The position numbers were made by a program, and so were the translations under genes. Under the pieces are notes generated by a model, which was not told the DNA's origin, did not search any database, and was given only the letters and a program-made list of their open reading frames with translations. A stretch of DNA of 63,656 nucleotides, the filler included, from Lenisia limosa (lineage: Eukaryota > Protista > Breviatea): the NCBI GenBank assembly GCA_001655205.1. It is 5 parts of 5 records of this genome, joined end to end, with 100 filler letters (N's around TTAATTAATTAA, not from the genome) between each part and the next. Parts side by side here need not be neighbours in the genome. Positions count along the whole stretch, not along the records: positions 39,931 to 61,472 come from LPNZ01009323.1; positions 61,573 to 63,656 come from LPNZ01009827.1; 3 more parts are not named here. One strand, written 5' to 3'. Below, in pieces: positions 61,401-63,656 of this stretch; within the stretch, counting starts at the first letter, position 1, and each line of letters starts with the position of its first letter.

Positions 61401-61472
61401 CCGGTGTTCCAGCAGCTTTCATAAAGGAGCACTCTCCACTGTTATTGAGAGTGCCTGTCTTGAATAACTTCC
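40493..61472 (-). CDS. Giant multi-exon cell-surface receptor/adhesin: beta-rich N-terminal repeats, PSI-like Cys repeats, FN3 repeats, PKD/REJ module, GAIN/GPS-like segment, DUF4215-like Cys repeat, probable single TM and short tail; 5'-truncated
   Basis: Coding exons trace continuously from 61472 downward. PSI-like: SCSHCTAL..WDGTKC (57430-57660) and CALYLSCIECTAKVG (53080-53140). FN3 array in the 473-aa exon 50409-51830. REJ-like: LNYRWRCTGC, LTYQWTV, YMRLPPG|DEENGDELTVGVIARNSQG (46200-48760). GPS-like: CMQNLPGSDEW..SISCHP. CRDGVVEGLEECD at ~42780-42850. The TM/tail exons at 40493-41450 are tentative. Confidence 0.72.
41121..41218. mobile_element. MITE family 1, copy b (intronic)
   Basis: Same TIRs and internal ctcgaaaac.atcgatattt.accggtc core; flanks atcgctgt/atcgttga. 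Confidence 0.8.
41663..41762. mobile_element. MITE family 1, copy c (diverged, intronic)
   Basis: TAGGGCTTCATTCC...GGAGTGAAGCCCTT, 100 bp. Confidence 0.75.
42531..42629 (+). repeat. Hairpin repeat family, copy 2 (antisense in giant-gene intron)
   Basis: TGGGTGAATTAATATTATAC...GCGTGATGGTGTGGACGGCTTGGGCCAGATACAACCTTATTATATTTCTCATTGCT. Confidence 0.8.
43618..44207. mobile_element. MITE family 3 (~590 bp, Tc1/pogo-like ends), intronic
   Basis: Perfect ~32-bp TIR TCAAAGCTCCGGACATCATTCAAAATTCCCGG / CCGGGAATTTTGAATGATGTCCGGAGCTTTGA; left end preceded by TATAG. Confidence 0.8.
45601..45679 (-). repeat. Hairpin repeat family, copy 3
   Basis: Reverse complement reads AATTAATATTATACTA...GCGTGATGGTGGACGGCTTCGGCCGGATACACCCTTATTTTATTTCTC; a partial copy lies at 45878-45911. 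Confidence 0.78.
56382..56447. mobile_element. MITE family 1, copy d (internally deleted, 66 bp)
   Basis: TATGGCTTCACTTCGGTTCGAAA...TTTTCGAACTGAAGTGAAGCCCTA. Confidence 0.8.
56787..56883. mobile_element. MITE family 1, copy e
   Basis: GGGGCTTTATTTCAGTTCGAAAAAGAC...GTCTTTTTTTCGACCGAAGTGAAGCCTTA. Confidence 0.8.
59564..59656 (-). repeat. Hairpin repeat family, copy 5
   Basis: Reverse complement reads GTGTGAATTAGATATT...TGATGATATGGACGGCTTCGGCTAGATAC...TTTTATTTCAT; an internally deleted copy lies at 58965-58992. Confidence 0.72.
60042..60140. mobile_element. MITE family 1, copy f
   Basis: TATGGCTTCACTTCGGTTC...TTTTTCGGACCGAAGCGAAGTC; flanked on both sides by the identical 8-mer CCCACAAC. Confidence 0.82.
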
Positions 61473-61572
61473 NNNNNNNNNNNNNNNNNNNNNNNNNNNN
61501 NNNNNNNNNNNNNNNNTTAATTAATTAANNNNNNNNNNNNNNNNNNNNNNNNNNNNNNNNNNNNNNNNNNNN
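61473..61572. other. Artificial scaffold linker
   Basis: N44-TTAATTAATTAA-N44. Confidence 0.97.
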
Positions 61573-61608
61573 AATTATCGATATTTTTCGAACCGAAGTG
61601 AAGTCCTA
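61573..61608. mobile_element. MITE family 1, right half at scaffold start
   Basis: ATCGATATTTTTCGAACCGAAGTGAAGTCCTA. Confidence 0.7.
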
Positions 61609-61759
61609 AGTACTACATGTTTTGATTTTACCCTCCTAAGGGAAGCGGACGTCTGTGTCTGGACCTCCTTCGAATGTGAGCTTGTGATTGCTAGATTATT
61701 TTATTTTGATTGAGTTCTGACCAAGAGGGTGGTACATGCTGTTGCTTTTGTATCTTTCA

Positions 61760-62880
61760 AGAATCTTGTTTTGTAACTCAGGTCTCTAACGAGAGGTTTA
61801 TGCTAAAATCAGGCACTTTCGAATCCTTTACAATAGGATTGTTTTATTTCATGAAAAGGAAACAAAGAACCCAATATATCCGTTGTCAACCTTTTAGTTG
61901 TCCCAGCATTCTGCTGAGATCATGAGACGGAGACGTCTCTCGAGTATTGCTGTTGTCAAACCTAGTCTGGCTCGGGACTCAAAGTGTGTGGGTCGCGGTA
62001 TTTATACTCTTTGTTGAATGGGGAGTAATGGCATTTGGTTTGTGTAGCTGAAGTTAGGACTGGGATATAAATCCGTGTTTGAGGTTATATTGATAATGTT
62101 ATGTATTTAAGAGCAAAAATAGTAGGTATCCGAGATAATATATCAAACAATTGAGCGGTTTCGGGGGGATACTTCATTTGGTACTTTCACCACCCCTCAG
62201 AGGCTTTATCCTCCATCACCACCCCTTTATTTCTTATCTTTTCTCCACTTGTTTTTTTAGAGGAAGATGTGCTTTTGAAGGAGATGATTGGTTTGTTTAA
62301 TACATTCTTTTTACTTACTAGAATGTGTTTATCATCTTTCCTCTATCATTTTTATTGTTTATCTTTCCTCATATCATTGTTATTTTTCTTCTTTTCTCTA
62401 TTCCATCTCTTTATTTTGTGTCTTCCCCCCATCACCCCACAGAGGTGGCCGAAATGGCAGTGGATCGAACTTGGCGTCATTCTCCGATGTAGAAAGAGGC
62501 GACGTAACAATTGCTAAAGGCCAATTTGATACCCAGGTTTGCAGGCCAGCTAGGTTTTACTTCGGATAATGAAAATACTGAAATCCTCGATAAATATGTG
62601 AATTTTGTTTTTACCCNNNNNNNNNNNNNNNNNNNNNNNNNNNNNNNNNNNNNNNNNNNNNNNNNNNNNNNNNNNNNNNNNNNNNNNNNNNNNNNNNNNN
62701 NNNNNNNNNNNNNNNNNNNNNNNNNNNTTTTTTTTTCATCAAGTTTCCTTTTTATTTCATTTGTGACAACAGAATTGATTTGGGCTACTTGTGTTTCCAA
62801 TTTTACCCCCCCCCCCCTTAGGAATCCGAAGGCAAATGGGCAGTGGGAGAAGAGAGCCGCGGAGAGTCGAAATGGTGGCG
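61760..62880 (+). CDS. Possible fragmented hypothetical gene
   Basis: A few AG/GT-bounded open segments (QHSAEIMRRRRLSSIAVVKPSLARDSK; RGGRNGSGSNLASFSDVERGDVTIAKGQFDTQ; ESEGKWAVGEESRGESKW). Could not be assembled into a full model. Confidence 0.25.
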
Positions 62881-63192
62881 TATGAGCGAAGAGGATCAGG
62901 TTGTGTCTCATGCTGAAAAGGTGAGTTGGTGGCGTTGCCCAGTTACACAAGGAACTGGTAAGGTGTTTACGTAAATAAATGCATACTGCAGACGAAAACT
63001 GTGTCTCATGCTGAAAAGATGAGTTCTTGATATTCCACTCCACCCAAACTTCTCCAAGTCCAAGTTCAACTCTTGATATTCCCACTCTAAATCTTGCCTA
63101 CCATCTTCCAAATCCCCCCCCTTCCAATGCGATGCTGCAGAAGTGACTGGGCTTTGTTTTTTTTTATTTTATTTTCAACTATTGTTTAGAAG

Positions 63193-63292
63193 TAGGGTTT
63201 AACTTCGGTTCAAAAAAGACCGGTAAAACTGCGATAGTTTTCGAGGATTTATCGAGAAATGGACTCTTTTTTCGAACCGAATTGAAGCCCTA
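63193..63292. mobile_element. MITE family 1, copy h
   Basis: TAGGGTTTAACTTCGGTTCAAAAAAGAC...CTTTTTTCGAACCGAATTGAAGCCCTA, 100 bp; flanks tttagaag/gttacaag. Confidence 0.85.
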
Positions 63293-63656
63293 GTTACAAG
63301 CATCAGAGTTGATTTTGGGGCTTTTTTCATATCATATGCAATGATAAATTGTCCAATTTTTCTCCCCTTATTCGCCAGGTGATAACAGAGGGAGAAGTGA
63401 TGAGGAAGGAAACCNNNNNNNNNNNNNNNNNNNNNNNNNNNNNNNNNNNNNNNNNNNNNNNNNNNNNNNNNNNNNNNNNNNNNNNNNNNNNNNNNNNNNN
63501 NNNNNTTGTTGATGTGATAATAAGCTATAGTAGTAGTATATCAGATGAACCATTAGTGACCGGAAAGGTCTTGACCGATTTCTTTCTGATTTCCCAAGGA
63601 AAATCGGTTAAGACTTATCCCGATCACTATATTATATGGCGAGGGGGGGGGGGGGG

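Noticed and set aside
29862-63553. Many ORF-track entries containing X runs
   Set aside because: Their length is inflated by N gaps translated without stops; not evidence of coding.

Overview
This is eukaryotic DNA from an intron-rich unicellular organism. It has GT-AG introns from about 30 bp to several hundred bp and uses the standard code, with TAA, TAG and TGA all acting as true stops. The window is not one contiguous locus: four identical artificial 100-bp linkers (N44-TTAATTAATTAA-N44) join five scaffolds, A 1-15167, B 15268-31261, C 31362-39830, D 39931-61472 and E 61573-63656. Most ORF-track entries are exon fragments or antisense shadows, so I spliced the genes by eye and boundaries are approximate. 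Recognisable genes: a very large Dispatched-like RND/sterol-sensing protein with FN3 modules inside its second extracellular domain, a class I sirtuin (3' part), MFSD12 (3' part), a possible Tim17-family protein, an intron-containing FRG-domain gene, SPO11-2 head-to-head with UBC9, LSM14/Scd6, tRNA-Asn(GTT), a SIR2_2-type (bacterial-immunity/FAM118-like) sirtuin head-to-head with an orphan gene, a flotillin-like gene (3' part), and a receptor-like gene of at least 21 kb (PSI/FN3/REJ/GPS-like/Cys-rich repeats). Introns carry at least three TIR miniature-transposon families and several unclassified short dispersed repeats. The best candidates for new biology are the two intron-bearing genes from families best known in prokaryotes and defence contexts (FRG; SIR2_2 with its divergent partner) and the FN3-expanded Dispatched.
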